64,000 nucleotides of DNA. It comes from a virus. The stretch is from IMG/VR virus record IMGVR_UViG_3300025133_009393; one strand, 5' to 3'. How positions within the stretch are numbered: position 1 is the first letter of the stretch; each line of letters starts with the position of its first letter. Under the pieces are notes generated by a model that made no database searches, was not told where the DNA came from, and was given only the letters and a program-made list of their open reading frames with translations. Made by a program: the position numbers and the translations under genes. Positions 29,823 through 39,957 of this stretch are shown here, piece by piece.

Positions 29823-30779
29823 TTCTGCTAATTCGTTTATATCTTCTTTAACCCATAGGCCTGAATTAAACTCGGGGCCATGGTACTTGTTCCAATCCTG
29901 ATATGTTTTTTTTGTATATTGAGGTCTAATTTGTAATAAATTTATATTAGGTACTTCATATGTAAAATCTAATTCAGTTTTTGCTAACATATCCTCATGT
30001 AATTTTTCTCCTGGCCGGAGGCCTACGATGTTTATTTTTGACTTAATAGTTGATATTTTTTCTAAGGCTTGTATACACAAAGGAAGTGTGTAAGAGTCAA
30101 TCTGAGGCACAAAAACTTCACCTCCTATAGAATTTTGTAATGCTCCTAAAACACAGTCGACAGCATCTTCTAATGTAAATAAAAATCTAGTCATTTCCAC
30201 TGATGTTACTTGTAGCACTTCTCCCTTTTTCATCATATCTAACCATAAAGGAATAAAAGATCCTCGCGATGCAATTACATTTCCATATCTAACTGATGAA
30301 AATATAGTTGTATTGGAATTATAATCGTAATTTGTAAATATTCTTTCTGCAATAAATTTACTCGACCCATAAACATTAACAGGCTGGCATGCTTTATCTG
30401 TCGAAACTAAAATACATTTTTTAATATTATTTTCTAATGCTGCTCTTGCAACATTTTCAGACCCTAATATATTTGTTTTTACACACTCATCAGGATGAAT
30501 TTCCATATCATCGATACGTTTAAGTGCTGCAGCATGTATAATATAATCTGGCTTATGGCGTTTTAATGTAACATTAAATTTATCATAATCTCTAATATCG
30601 CCAATTACACACTTTACTACAGGATCTCTACCAAAAATTAAAGCTTGCTTGCCCTCGTCGCGACTAAAAACAATTATTTCCCATTTCGGAAATTGCTCTT
30701 TAATCTTCTTGATCAAAGCTTTACCGAGCGATCCAGTGCCGCCGGTAATCATAATCTTCTTACTTTCTATCCTTTGCAT
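29796..30779 (-). CDS. pseB: UDP-GlcNAc 4,6-dehydratase (PseB/CapD family)
   Basis: ITGGTGSLG, FSRDE, HAAALK, STDKA, YGSSK, RYGNV..SRGS and RPGEKLHE. Confidence 0.85.
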   Translation of the reverse strand: MQRIESKKIMITGGTGSLGKALIKKIKEQFPKWEIIVFSRDEGKQALIFGRDPVVKCVIGDIRDYDKFNVTLKRHKPDYIIHAAALKRIDDMEIHPDECVKTNILGSENVARAALENNIKKCILVSTDKACQPVNVYGSSKFIAERIFTNYDYNSNTTIFSSVRYGNVIASRGSFIPLWLDMMKKGEVLQVTSVEMTRFLFTLEDAVDCVLGALQNSIGGEVFVPQIDSYTLPLCIQALEKISTIKSKINIVGLRPGEKLHEDMLAKTELDFTYEVPNINLLQIRPQYTKKTYQDWNKYHGPEFNSGLWVKEDINELAELIEKGLKC

Positions 30780-31662
30780 TTTGTTTTATCCCTCTGTAAG
30801 CATTGTATTTGCTATCCTCGCCTAAATTATTATACTCTACATTTAAATTTAGGCTAAACAAGTGGTGCCAAAAAACAAAAGCTTGTTGTTCAAAGCGCGC
30901 CGTATCATAAAAAGGCGGTGGATTTTTCTTGTCTTCAAAAGTATGAACTTTCATGTCATCACTCAAGAAACCATCCAATCCGACATAATCGATTTTTTTA
31001 GCTCCCAATAGCGCTGCTAAAAGTATAGCCCTTGATGTATAACCTAAGCGCGAAAAGTACCTAGTCAAGAATAAAAAAACATCTGCTCCGTGATTTTTAA
31101 ATTGATTCAAAGGATCTATGCCTCTGCGATCTGAATGTTCAAAGCCAATCAATGGATTAAATCTTTCGACATACTCAGCCAATGCTGAATCTTTTAAATC
31201 AACTTGGTGTCCCAGCAAGAGCAGATCTGCTTTTATATCCTTAAATCTTTCAGTTTTGTAAAAATAATTGCAAGAAAAAACATGATCATATTCACATACT
31301 TTTTCTGCATCTAGCTCATTGGTGCTGGGACCACCGCCGAGGACCAAAACCGAAGATCCAAGAAACTTTGCAAAGCTCTTGTTTCCGGTAATAACAACTT
31401 CTGGCGATAAAATTAAATTTTGATAATCGTCGTATTTATTTTTAGGGCCAAAGCTTTGATTAAAAAAATCTAATGCATAGCTTTCCATCCATTCTTCCGG
31501 AGGACAATTAAAATTGAACCAGCCGCCTTCATACTGTTGGTTTCTATTATTATATCCGAACGTCTGATCAGTTTTTGTATCTAGCCATTCATTTTTATTC
31601 TTTGCTGCAACAAAGCGTTTGCTCCAATCATCTTGCAGCGTAGGTAATAATTCTTGATCCAC
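30760..31662 (-). CDS. Second GT42/Maf-like sialyltransferase
   Basis: VLVLGGGPS...VFSCNYFY and AALLGAKKIDYVGLDG. Clear paralog of 24451..25407. Confidence 0.7.
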   Translation of the reverse strand: MDQELLPTLQDDWSKRFVAAKNKNEWLDTKTDQTFGYNNRNQQYEGGWFNFNCPPEEWMESYALDFFNQSFGPKNKYDDYQNLILSPEVVITGNKSFAKFLGSSVLVLGGGPSTNELDAEKVCEYDHVFSCNYFYKTERFKDIKADLLLLGHQVDLKDSALAEYVERFNPLIGFEHSDRRGIDPLNQFKNHGADVFLFLTRYFSRLGYTSRAILLAALLGAKKIDYVGLDGFLSDDMKVHTFEDKKNPPPFYDTARFEQQAFVFWHHLFSLNLNVEYNNLGEDSKYNAYRGIKQNAKDRK

Positions 31663-32380
31663 TGTACACTCTCTTGCTATAAAATTTAGTAAAGCCTTTG
31701 GTTGCTAAATACTGCTCTAAAAGTTGAATATTGCATGACCAATAAGTTGTAAAGTCTCCATCGACTTCATCGCCGGGATAATATATCATAACCGGTTCAG
31801 CTGAACCATCTTTCCTGGCTGGCAAAGGCCACTCTCTTCTCCAAGAATAATACTCAGCATTAATTGTCTCTATAACCACCGTTTCTTTAGTCACAGAGAG
31901 AACTTTGTCCAAAATAGATAGTGGGTTAGGCAAATGATAGAAAACGCCTAAAAACAACGCTACGTCGTGCTCTCCGACGGTCTCTGGAGATATATCCTCC
32001 AGGGGCACTATACTATCCTGTACTTTGGAGTTTAAAATCTCTCTGGCCAAAAGAAATCCTTCTTGCTGATTCCAAATATCATCTTGGGTTTTTTCATCTA
32101 ATTCTTGATTAGTCCATCGATACGGATCGACAGCTAAAACACTAGTTGCGCCACACTTTTCAGCGTGAAACGAAAAACAACCATCGCATGCTCCGATATC
32201 GATAACACTCTTGCCTTCAAAAAGATCTGGTGTCATTTCCCACTCTTTTAAGTCCAAAAAGGTATTTTTCTTTCCAGGGGTTATTTGTCCATTTCCCAAA
32301 TCAATTTGCTGGCGCCACTTGATCTTGTCGACTCGCGCATCATGATCCGGATTTGTATATTTAAAGTTAAAGTCTGCCAT
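31628..32380 (-). CDS. Class I SAM methyltransferase (CmoB/DUF1698-like)
   Basis: W.QQIDLG, VIDIGACDGCFSF and LFLGVFYHL.NP. Confidence 0.8.
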   Translation of the reverse strand: MADFNFKYTNPDHDARVDKIKWRQQIDLGNGQITPGKKNTFLDLKEWEMTPDLFEGKSVIDIGACDGCFSFHAEKCGATSVLAVDPYRWTNQELDEKTQDDIWNQQEGFLLAREILNSKVQDSIVPLEDISPETVGEHDVALFLGVFYHLPNPLSILDKVLSVTKETVVIETINAEYYSWRREWPLPARKDGSAEPVMIYYPGDEVDGDFTTYWSCNIQLLEQYLATKGFTKFYSKRVYSGSRIITYAAR

Positions 32381-32381
32381 T

Positions 32382-33209
32382 TTAATTTCCTCTTAGTTTT
32401 TTACGTATTGGTTTTTCGCCTTCAGTCACTCGTTTCTCTCCGTCACCATACGCCAATTCTAGTTCTCTAACGCCTTTTACTAGCTTAATCAAGCCTTGTG
32501 GTTCAACAGAAGACATATGATCTGATCCCCATGTCGTACGATCAAGGGTTATGTGTCTCTCAATGATAGAGGCGCCTAAATATACCGCAGCGACCGAAGT
32601 GCCAAGTCTAAATTCATGTCCACTGTAGCCAACCTCACAATTGTATCGCTCTTTTAACGTCTTGATACAGCTAAGATTTAATTCTTCTAGAGGCGCCGGA
32701 TACGTCGAGTTGCAATGAAGCATCGCAAAATCAGTGCCCTGCAGTATTTCAACAGCGGCGTCTATTTCTTCCAATGTGCTCATGCCGGTAGATATGATAA
32801 CTCTTTTGCCGGTTGATGCAGCTGCTTTGAGAAGTTCGTGATTTGTTAGCATTGCTGACGGCATTTTGATATATGGTACATCGTACGTCACCAAAAAGTT
32901 AAGACTATCTAAATCCCATGGCGAGGCTGTCCAAGCAATTCCTTTTTCCTTACAATAACGATCGATTTCATCATAATCGTGCCGGCCAAATTCTACCTTA
33001 TATTTATAATCCAAATAAGTCATTCGACCCCATGGAGTATCTCTCATTACTTTCTTCTGATGTTCAGGCACACAGACGTCTGGATTTCTTTTTTGAAATT
33101 TAACAGAATCACAACCAGCAACTGCTGCAATGTCTATCAAACGCTTGGCAACAGCCAAACTTCCATTATGATTGATGCCTATTTCTGCTATAATATGTGT
33201 CTTTTTCAT
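32382..33209 (-). CDS. neuB: Third nonulosonate synthase, short form
   Basis: IAEIGINHNG, VKFQKR, GYSGHE and IERHITLDR. Confidence 0.92.
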   Translation of the reverse strand: MKKTHIIAEIGINHNGSLAVAKRLIDIAAVAGCDSVKFQKRNPDVCVPEHQKKVMRDTPWGRMTYLDYKYKVEFGRHDYDEIDRYCKEKGIAWTASPWDLDSLNFLVTYDVPYIKMPSAMLTNHELLKAAASTGKRVIISTGMSTLEEIDAAVEILQGTDFAMLHCNSTYPAPLEELNLSCIKTLKERYNCEVGYSGHEFRLGTSVAAVYLGASIIERHITLDRTTWGSDHMSSVEPQGLIKLVKGVRELELAYGDGEKRVTEGEKPIRKKLRGN

Positions 33210-35272
33210 TATTTCTCCAAATATTTTCTAGGTACATTTTCGTGTACATGTGAGCCCGGGGCGGCGATATGTAAGTTAATGTTCTTTTCTTTTAGCCACT
33301 CATAAAAACTCTTGCTGGCTTCTATGTTCGTTTCGATTTCTTCATCTCGCATCGGATCTGATCTTCTAACCACATTCGGTACGTTTTCTTCTAAATCATA
33401 AAAATGTATTGATTTTGTCTCCCCGGGAGTTTCAAAATCCCAACCTATAGTATGCACGTTAGAAATACCTAAATGCTCAACTAAATAAAGACCAATTTCA
33501 TACATCATTCCAGGGCCCCAAAGCCGATCTGTTGTTTTCTCTAAAACATAATCATCAAAATTTCTAGTAACTGCCAAGCTATGATTAAAGTCTTTGTTTG
33601 AGTTGACTATTGGTAAAAATATATCATATTCTTGTTGCTTTGTCCAGACGTGATTTACCATTACTTCTTCCGGTTCGCCGGCTGTGGCAATAATAACCGG
33701 TTGACTTTCTTTATAATCATAGACTTTAAAGTTGTTACAATTGAAAAGGTGAAAATCAACTATATCTGGTACATAATCATACGCTTGTTTAATGGCTATT
33801 ACTAATTTATCTTTCAACTTCTCTCTTAAGAATTCAGGTGAATAATTTTTGAGGGAAGGACCACAAGATAAAATATAGCAATCTTGACCCTTAAAGCTAT
33901 CTTTCAATATATCAACCTTCTTTTTTGCATCAGATTGCGAATTGATCTTAGATTTTAAAAAGCTAGTTTTAGAATTAGCGCTAGCTTCGATGTCTGATGT
34001 GTTGCTTTCTCCATCACCTAAAGTCTTGGCGGCGTTCATAACAATTTTAGCCAATCCTTGGCCAATAGTTTTCTGATCCAGCTTAAGACTTTGCATGTGT
34101 TCCCAACCTATCCAGCCTTTTTCTTCCAAAGAATCTTGTCTCCACATTTCATATGCCCTTCTTAATTCTTTTCGAGCGCTTAAAATATGCGGTTCATATA
34201 AATTCATATCACAATGATATTCCGGACGAGTTGTATATGGTTTCCAATGGCCATCAACAAAAAAGGCCGCATTTTGATGTGCGAAATCCATATAGCCTGT
34301 GGCGCCGGGGACAAGAACTGGAGTGCGATGCATCAAAGCCTCCGCAACGGTTAAGCCATAGCCTTCTGCTCTTGTCAAAAGCGCAAATAAATCTGCCCTA
34401 TTATACAGCCAAGATAATTGATTAAATGGTAAAGTATCTGTCAATAACATAATATTGGCATTTGACTGTTTTCCAGTTGGTGTAAAAATTTCTGATTTTA
34501 CCTTCTTAATTTCACCAGCAATCATATTTGTCTGCTGCTGCATAGGATATCTATCAACAAAATCAGGCATTAAGTTTATATATGTCTTGATAATCAACAC
34601 TGCGTCTTCATTATTGGCGAATTCCATTGCAAAAGATGAAACCAACTTTTCAAAACCCTTTCGCATGGTCCACTGAGACATAGAAAATACGACAAATTTA
34701 TCTTTTAATACCTCTTCCAAGTTATCGATTGGCCGAGGATCAACAATATTGTTGTTCAAAACATAAGGTAAGAGATGACAATCAACGTCGATATCTCTTA
34801 AACTGTGTGAATAAACATTTTTATTCCATTCGCACGGCACTATTACTGATTCCGTGTTGAGCTGCTTATATACCGTTTTCCAACTATCTGGAAGGGCATC
34901 CGCTTCCCAAACAGATATATTGATATTTTTTGTCGAATTGTGTATAAGTTTAAGGCCGGCTGCCCATACAGGATCTTTTTTAGATTGAAGAAAATACACC
35001 ATGGGTGCGGGCATTTGCCAGACAGCTAAATATTCATTTTTGCAAAAGACATCGATCTCTTCTTCTGACTTAAACTCGTACTTCTCAATCAGTCTCTTTT
35101 CTTCTTTGGTAATACGATTTGTTTTATCCAGCTCGACAGGAATCGTATGAATCTTAAAATTAAAAGATCCGGGATTGTCTGTCAAAAAGTCATCAATCGC
35201 TTTAAGATAACCTCTAGCAGCCGAAGCATAGCCGCTAGTATCGCGATACTGGCTTATAAATACAATATTCAC
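33209..35272 (-). CDS. GT4 glycosyltransferase fused to a C-terminal Maf/DUF115 (GT42-like) domain
   Basis: SGYASAAR, RKG and EGYGLTVAEA (GT4), then CYILSCGPSL and HLGISNVHTIGWD (Maf-like). Confidence 0.8.
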   Translation of the reverse strand: MNIVFISQYRDTSGYASAARGYLKAIDDFLTDNPGSFNFKIHTIPVELDKTNRITKEEKRLIEKYEFKSEEEIDVFCKNEYLAVWQMPAPMVYFLQSKKDPVWAAGLKLIHNSTKNINISVWEADALPDSWKTVYKQLNTESVIVPCEWNKNVYSHSLRDIDVDCHLLPYVLNNNIVDPRPIDNLEEVLKDKFVVFSMSQWTMRKGFEKLVSSFAMEFANNEDAVLIIKTYINLMPDFVDRYPMQQQTNMIAGEIKKVKSEIFTPTGKQSNANIMLLTDTLPFNQLSWLYNRADLFALLTRAEGYGLTVAEALMHRTPVLVPGATGYMDFAHQNAAFFVDGHWKPYTTRPEYHCDMNLYEPHILSARKELRRAYEMWRQDSLEEKGWIGWEHMQSLKLDQKTIGQGLAKIVMNAAKTLGDGESNTSDIEASANSKTSFLKSKINSQSDAKKKVDILKDSFKGQDCYILSCGPSLKNYSPEFLREKLKDKLVIAIKQAYDYVPDIVDFHLFNCNNFKVYDYKESQPVIIATAGEPEEVMVNHVWTKQQEYDIFLPIVNSNKDFNHSLAVTRNFDDYVLEKTTDRLWGPGMMYEIGLYLVEHLGISNVHTIGWDFETPGETKSIHFYDLEENVPNVVRRSDPMRDEEIETNIEASKSFYEWLKEKNINLHIAAPGSHVHENVPRKYLEK

Positions 35273-35273
35273 C

Positions 35274-36629
35274 CTACACCATCATAAATCTTGTATTGTT
35301 TTCTTGGTTGATCTGGGGTGTGTTAGAGACAACCACGTCCTCATTATAACATGCACTTATGGTATCGTTGACTTTCTGGTACATCTCTTCTTTCGTAAAA
35401 CTCTTTACGATCCATTTCTTTAATTCAGTAGCCTGTTTTTTAAATCTACCGTAATCTTTGTAGACATCGCTCATTCTGTTCCTATACGATTTCTCTTCGG
35501 GGTAGCACCACATTGAATCAGCTACAACAACGCCTTCCCATACTGCTTCCCTGGCAACCGGTCTTATAGTATAGTCGATCCGCGAAAACATAGCTTTATT
35601 TTTTACTTTACCTTTTTTGTTCTTTGTCGGCTTATATAAAAAGTCAACGTGACCACTCCAATCTGGAGCTATGACTGGCAGTCCATAGTAAGCAGCTTCG
35701 AATATTGGCAAGCCAAACCCTTCTCCATGCGTCGTCGTGACGTAAGCTTTGACTTTTCGATTCGTATACAAAGATTTCATCTGTTCTTCGCTTAATTCGC
35801 CATGAAGAAGGTAGACTTTACACTTCCTATCGGGTGCTTTTCTGTTCACAATATCTTGAATTGCTCCAGATAAAGATATTCTGTCTAATAAATTATTTTT
35901 AACAACATTAGATTTTACTATCAATCCAACGTCTTCTTGATCGTGGAACTCTTTTATAAAACCAAGCACTGTGGCTTCTAAGTTTTTTCTAGCTCCCCAT
36001 TGCGCAACGGTCAAGAAATTAAAACTAGTTTTTAAATCCAAATCAATTTTAGATGTCTCTAGATCTTTAACAGGATAGTGGATTACATCAAACGGAGTAG
36101 ACGTTTTAAAATTGGGAATTTTCTCACCCGTTTGTTTGTTTGTTACGCTATAGCTCGTATTTTGATAAGTATCTTTCGAGTGATTAGATACCACAATAAT
36201 CCTATCCATCATGTTTGCGCGTTCGATCCACAATGGAGCAACTTTTGTAGTCTCAATTCCTGCAGTTACGCCTATGTTGACTTTTGCCATCTTTTCCCAT
36301 TCATTAGGAATCGTAACTTGTAGTGATAAATCATATTCAACTGGCGTGTTATTTTTTTCGCTGTCTTGATGATAATTTATAGTCTTGTTTAAAATTGAAT
36401 CAATATATTCTCGCTCTTCCGAGGCTTCATGAATCCACCCAGTCTTTCCCCAATTAACAGCCAGAGCATGTATATCATACTTTTCTTCCTGGCTTCTCAA
36501 AGCGCGAAGAATAAATCTTGCATGCTCACCGTAGCCGCTTCTTGTCAAGAGCGGCCCTCTTAAAATAACTCTCTTTTTCATTTCATCTCCATTAATTTCC
36601 AAGATTGGTATTTCTTGCGTGTTTCCCAA
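35274..36629 (-). CDS. GT4 glycosyltransferase
   Basis: SGYGEHAR, RKN and HGEGFGLPIFEA. True start probably at MKKRVIL. Confidence 0.9.
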   Translation of the reverse strand: MGNTQEIPILEINGDEMKKRVILRGPLLTRSGYGEHARFILRALRSQEEKYDIHALAVNWGKTGWIHEASEEREYIDSILNKTINYHQDSEKNNTPVEYDLSLQVTIPNEWEKMAKVNIGVTAGIETTKVAPLWIERANMMDRIIVVSNHSKDTYQNTSYSVTNKQTGEKIPNFKTSTPFDVIHYPVKDLETSKIDLDLKTSFNFLTVAQWGARKNLEATVLGFIKEFHDQEDVGLIVKSNVVKNNLLDRISLSGAIQDIVNRKAPDRKCKVYLLHGELSEEQMKSLYTNRKVKAYVTTTHGEGFGLPIFEAAYYGLPVIAPDWSGHVDFLYKPTKNKKGKVKNKAMFSRIDYTIRPVAREAVWEGVVVADSMWCYPEEKSYRNRMSDVYKDYGRFKKQATELKKWIVKSFTKEEMYQKVNDTISACYNEDVVVSNTPQINQENNTRFMMV

Positions 36630-37867
36630 GAGCCATATGTTTTGTGAATATCAGTTAAAGTTTTATCCCAAGATTTACAGAAATTTTCAAAATTGTAATT
36701 CTCCAACACATGCTCGCGGCCGAGACGGCCTAACTCTTCTCTCTCTTCTTTCGTCATATTATATATTTTTTCTAACGCTCCCACAACCTGCTCTTCACTC
36801 TGTCTATCCTCATAAATCCAAGGAATCTCCTGAGAGCCGATAATAGCTCTGGAAGCCGGAGTGAGGCCAACACCAAACCATTCTTCTCCGTCTGTAACTT
36901 GCTCTTGAAGGCCGCCTGTCATGTTAACAATAATTGGAGTTTCACACGAGAGAGATTCTAAAGTGGAAAGACCAAAACCTTCGGCATCAGATATATTTAT
37001 TGTACAATCTGCTATATTGTACAGACTGGCCATGGCTTCATCCGGCAGTTTATCTTGCGAAAATCTAACTTGACCATCTGTGATGCCCAACTCTTCGATG
37101 ATAGCAACTAAGTCTTGTCCATTTGGATCTTTTACATCTGTATGCATTAGCAATATTGCTTTATCATGCCCGACTTTATCCAAGAACTTCTTAAACCAAA
37201 AGATCAAAGAGCCGCTTTGTTTTCTTCTAGCGTTACGATTGTTCCAGAAGAAAATTAGCTTCTCACTATCTTCTTCATCGAAATGAGCTTCTTTAAACTT
37301 TTTGGTCTGCTCAGAATCTAGTTTTTTAAACAATTCTGTATCGACCGAATGGGGCAAATGCCTAACATCTAATTCTGGCGAAACCGTACGTACGATATCG
37401 TCTGTTACTTTTGAAATTGTCACGACTACATCAGATGAATCATACCAAACTTTATTGAATTTTGGATAAGGATAGTTATCCCATACGTGATAATATACCA
37501 TGGGCACCAGAGGCCTAATTTCATTTTCAATTTCCCACAGCCAGGCAAAAAATCTAGGATCTGTCATAAACCAAATCATATCCGGACGCTCGGTCCTCAA
37601 AACAGAACGAATCATATCTTGAGTACCATAACTATCAACAGGATATATTCTCCAGTCTTCTCCAAATTCCTCTGTGGTGACAGGGGTATAATCACGGTGT
37701 TTAATTGCGCCACCAAAGCTTATAAATTGATACTTACCAGTTCTAAGCATCGCCTGAATCATATTCTTTGTTTGTATCCCGACGCCCGAAGGAGAGAGGG
37801 GATGATCACTTATAGTGAAAATTTTAATTTTCTTTACCTTTTCCATATTTTCCTCTTTTAGCGGCAA
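36578..37867 (-). CDS. GT4 glycosyltransferase
   Basis: SGVG, NRNARRK and AEGFGLSTLES. Confidence 0.9.
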   Translation of the reverse strand: MPLKEENMEKVKKIKIFTISDHPLSPSGVGIQTKNMIQAMLRTGKYQFISFGGAIKHRDYTPVTTEEFGEDWRIYPVDSYGTQDMIRSVLRTERPDMIWFMTDPRFFAWLWEIENEIRPLVPMVYYHVWDNYPYPKFNKVWYDSSDVVVTISKVTDDIVRTVSPELDVRHLPHSVDTELFKKLDSEQTKKFKEAHFDEEDSEKLIFFWNNRNARRKQSGSLIFWFKKFLDKVGHDKAILLMHTDVKDPNGQDLVAIIEELGITDGQVRFSQDKLPDEAMASLYNIADCTINISDAEGFGLSTLESLSCETPIIVNMTGGLQEQVTDGEEWFGVGLTPASRAIIGSQEIPWIYEDRQSEEQVVGALEKIYNMTKEEREELGRLGREHVLENYNFENFCKSWDKTLTDIHKTYGSWETRKKYQSWKLMEMK

Positions 37868-38844
37868 AATTTTGTTTCTTTCTCAAAATCGCGGTCATAC
37901 ATCATGATCGCCAATTGTTTGAAAGAAACTTCAGGTTGCCAACCCAATATTCTTTTAGCCTTCGAAGAATCTCCCCAAAGTTTTGGCACTTCACAAGGCC
38001 TATAAAACTTAGGATCAATTACTACATGGTCTGAGGCATTCAAACCAGCATAATTGAAGACATAGTGTAGAAAGTCATCTACTGAATTTGCTTGACCGGT
38101 AGAAATAACATAATCATCCGGCTCTGTATGCTGAAGCATCAAATGCATAGCTTTTACATAGTCCCCTGCGAAGCCCCAATCTCTTTTGGCCTCTAGGTTG
38201 CCTAGGCGCAACTCGTCCTGCAAACCTAGCTTAATTCGGGCTGCAGCCTTTGTTATCTTTCTAGTAACGAAATTCTCGCCTCTTCTTGGCGATTCATGAT
38301 TAAATAGAATTCCAGAACTAGCGAATATTCCATAAGATTTTCTGTACGTGGCCACTAAATGATGAGCGGCTAATTTAGCACAGGCGTACGGAGACACCGG
38401 CGAAAAAGCAGTATTCTCATTCTGCGGGCACTTAATATTATCTCCAAACATCTCAGATGTGGATGCTTGGTAAAATTTCATATTTATATCTATATTTCTT
38501 ATAGATTCTAATATATTAAGAGCGCCAAGAGAATTAATCTCGACAGTAGACAAGGGGGATCTAAAAGATTGTCCAACATGACTTTGTGCTGCCAAATTGT
38601 AAATCTCTTGTGGCCTATATTTGGTAAGTAAGTTCTGGATAGATGACATATCAGTTATATCACCCTCTTCTAGAATCAATCTTTCGTTATCTTTAATGGT
38701 AACTAGATTGCTTAATTTACCCTTCTCTGGGCATACAGTTCTTCTTAAAAGACCAACAACAGTATAGTCATTTTCTATTAAGTGTTCAGCTAAATATGAA
38801 CCATCTTGACCATTGATTCCGGTCACTAAAGCTACTTTTTCCAA
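37858..38844 (-). CDS. gmd: GDP-mannose 4,6-dehydratase
   Basis: TGINGQDGSYL, NLAAQSHV, YQASTSEMFG, FNHESPRRGENFVTRKIT and RDWGFAGDY. Confidence 0.97.
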   Translation of the reverse strand: MEKVALVTGINGQDGSYLAEHLIENDYTVVGLLRRTVCPEKGKLSNLVTIKDNERLILEEGDITDMSSIQNLLTKYRPQEIYNLAAQSHVGQSFRSPLSTVEINSLGALNILESIRNIDINMKFYQASTSEMFGDNIKCPQNENTAFSPVSPYACAKLAAHHLVATYRKSYGIFASSGILFNHESPRRGENFVTRKITKAAARIKLGLQDELRLGNLEAKRDWGFAGDYVKAMHLMLQHTEPDDYVISTGQANSVDDFLHYVFNYAGLNASDHVVIDPKFYRPCEVPKLWGDSSKAKRILGWQPEVSFKQLAIMMYDRDFEKETKFCR

Positions 38845-38856
38845 TTTATACCTATA

Positions 38857-39621
38857 TTATTTACAATGTTTGGTTTTATAAAATTCGCACCCATAGCCTC
38901 GTGTACAGGAGAGACGATTTTTAACAAATTTACTTCTCCCTATATTATACAATGCTTTGTCCAATAAGTTAAGTACATTTTGTGTTTTCTTCGCTCCGCT
39001 TGTCACGCGAAATATTTCAACTACATCTTTCTTTGCTGTTCTTTTTAGGAGAGCAAAATGTGTTTCAACATCTTTTGGATCAATAGAGTGCTTTTTTGCA
39101 AAAAAGTGTTTATAAAGCGTTAATTGGTAAGTGGTCATACTATCAGATTTTCTTTTTGAATCCCACCCCCATGAACAAGTCTTCCAATCAATTACATGGT
39201 ATTTGCCGTTTGCCTTAATGACAAGATCTACATAACCTTTAAATTTTGGATCATGATTGTCTATGTCTTCATAAAGCATCTCCTCTGTTGAAACCACTTC
39301 ATATTTACCAAAATATGAATCAAGAGCAGGAAGCATTCTCTCTATCAACAGAGGTGCTTGTTTAAACATGTTTTTAATCAAATCTCTACTTTCGTCAATA
39401 TCAAGCTCTTTAAGCCTAGACGAAAATTGATCATTAAACATATCAACCGGATTTTCTACATTCTCTACTAAAAGCTTTTCTGCAACATTATGCAGTGCAG
39501 TGCCAAAAGCAGTATACTCATTTCCGTCAAATACATTAACACGATCAATATATGCTAATTTTTGTTTATACGGACACTCACTCCAAGTTTTTAACTCAGA
39601 AAACGAAATATGTTCTCGCAT
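38857..39621 (-). CDS. PD-(D/E)XK nuclease (AddB/Cas4-like)
   Basis: ISFSEL...CP, FGTALH, KGYVDL, IDWKT, YQL..Y and a C-terminal Cys cluster. Confidence 0.88.
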   Translation of the reverse strand: MREHISFSELKTWSECPYKQKLAYIDRVNVFDGNEYTAFGTALHNVAEKLLVENVENPVDMFNDQFSSRLKELDIDESRDLIKNMFKQAPLLIERMLPALDSYFGKYEVVSTEEMLYEDIDNHDPKFKGYVDLVIKANGKYHVIDWKTCSWGWDSKRKSDSMTTYQLTLYKHFFAKKHSIDPKDVETHFALLKRTAKKDVVEIFRVTSGAKKTQNVLNLLDKALYNIGRSKFVKNRLSCTRGYGCEFYKTKHCK

Positions 39622-39957
39622 CTATCCCTCGGTCTTTGTATCTGTTTTTGCAACTACTTTTGTCGGCGTGCTTTTTTTAGTTTTTTTAGTTGTAGTCTTT
39701 TTTTCTACTGCAGAAAAAACCCATTGTGCTGTTAGCTGATTCGGATTAGTATTCCATAATTCAGTCGGCTGTAAGCATTCTCCAACTTGTGTCTTCTTTT
39801 CTTGCAAAGCTAATTTAACGTCTTCTGTCGTTACAAGAACGCGACGACCTCTAGTAGTTTTTATAGAAGGTACTGTAACTGTTACCACGAGTGTATTACC
39901 TTTTTTTTCAATTGAATCAATATTCATCTTTTTCCTCCATGTTATATATAGTATCAA
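39622..39957 (-). CDS. Hypothetical protein with Lys/Thr-rich tail
   Basis: ORF in the operon. Start is probably MNIDS. Confidence 0.6.
   Translation of the reverse strand: MILYITWRKKMNIDSIEKKGNTLVVTVTVPSIKTTRGRRVLVTTEDVKLALQEKKTQVGECLQPTELWNTNPNQLTAQWVFSAVEKKTTTKKTKKSTPTKVVAKTDTKTEG

Noticed and set aside
19040-38844. Bacterial chromosomal O-antigen or capsule locus (host DNA)
   Set aside because: No wzx/wzy/ABC export genes. The island is co-oriented and contiguous with phage genes on both sides. A chimera cannot be fully excluded without reads.
38857-39621. Possible CRISPR Cas4
   Set aside because: No repeat-spacer array or other cas genes seen. Stand-alone Cas4/AddB-like nucleases are common in phages.
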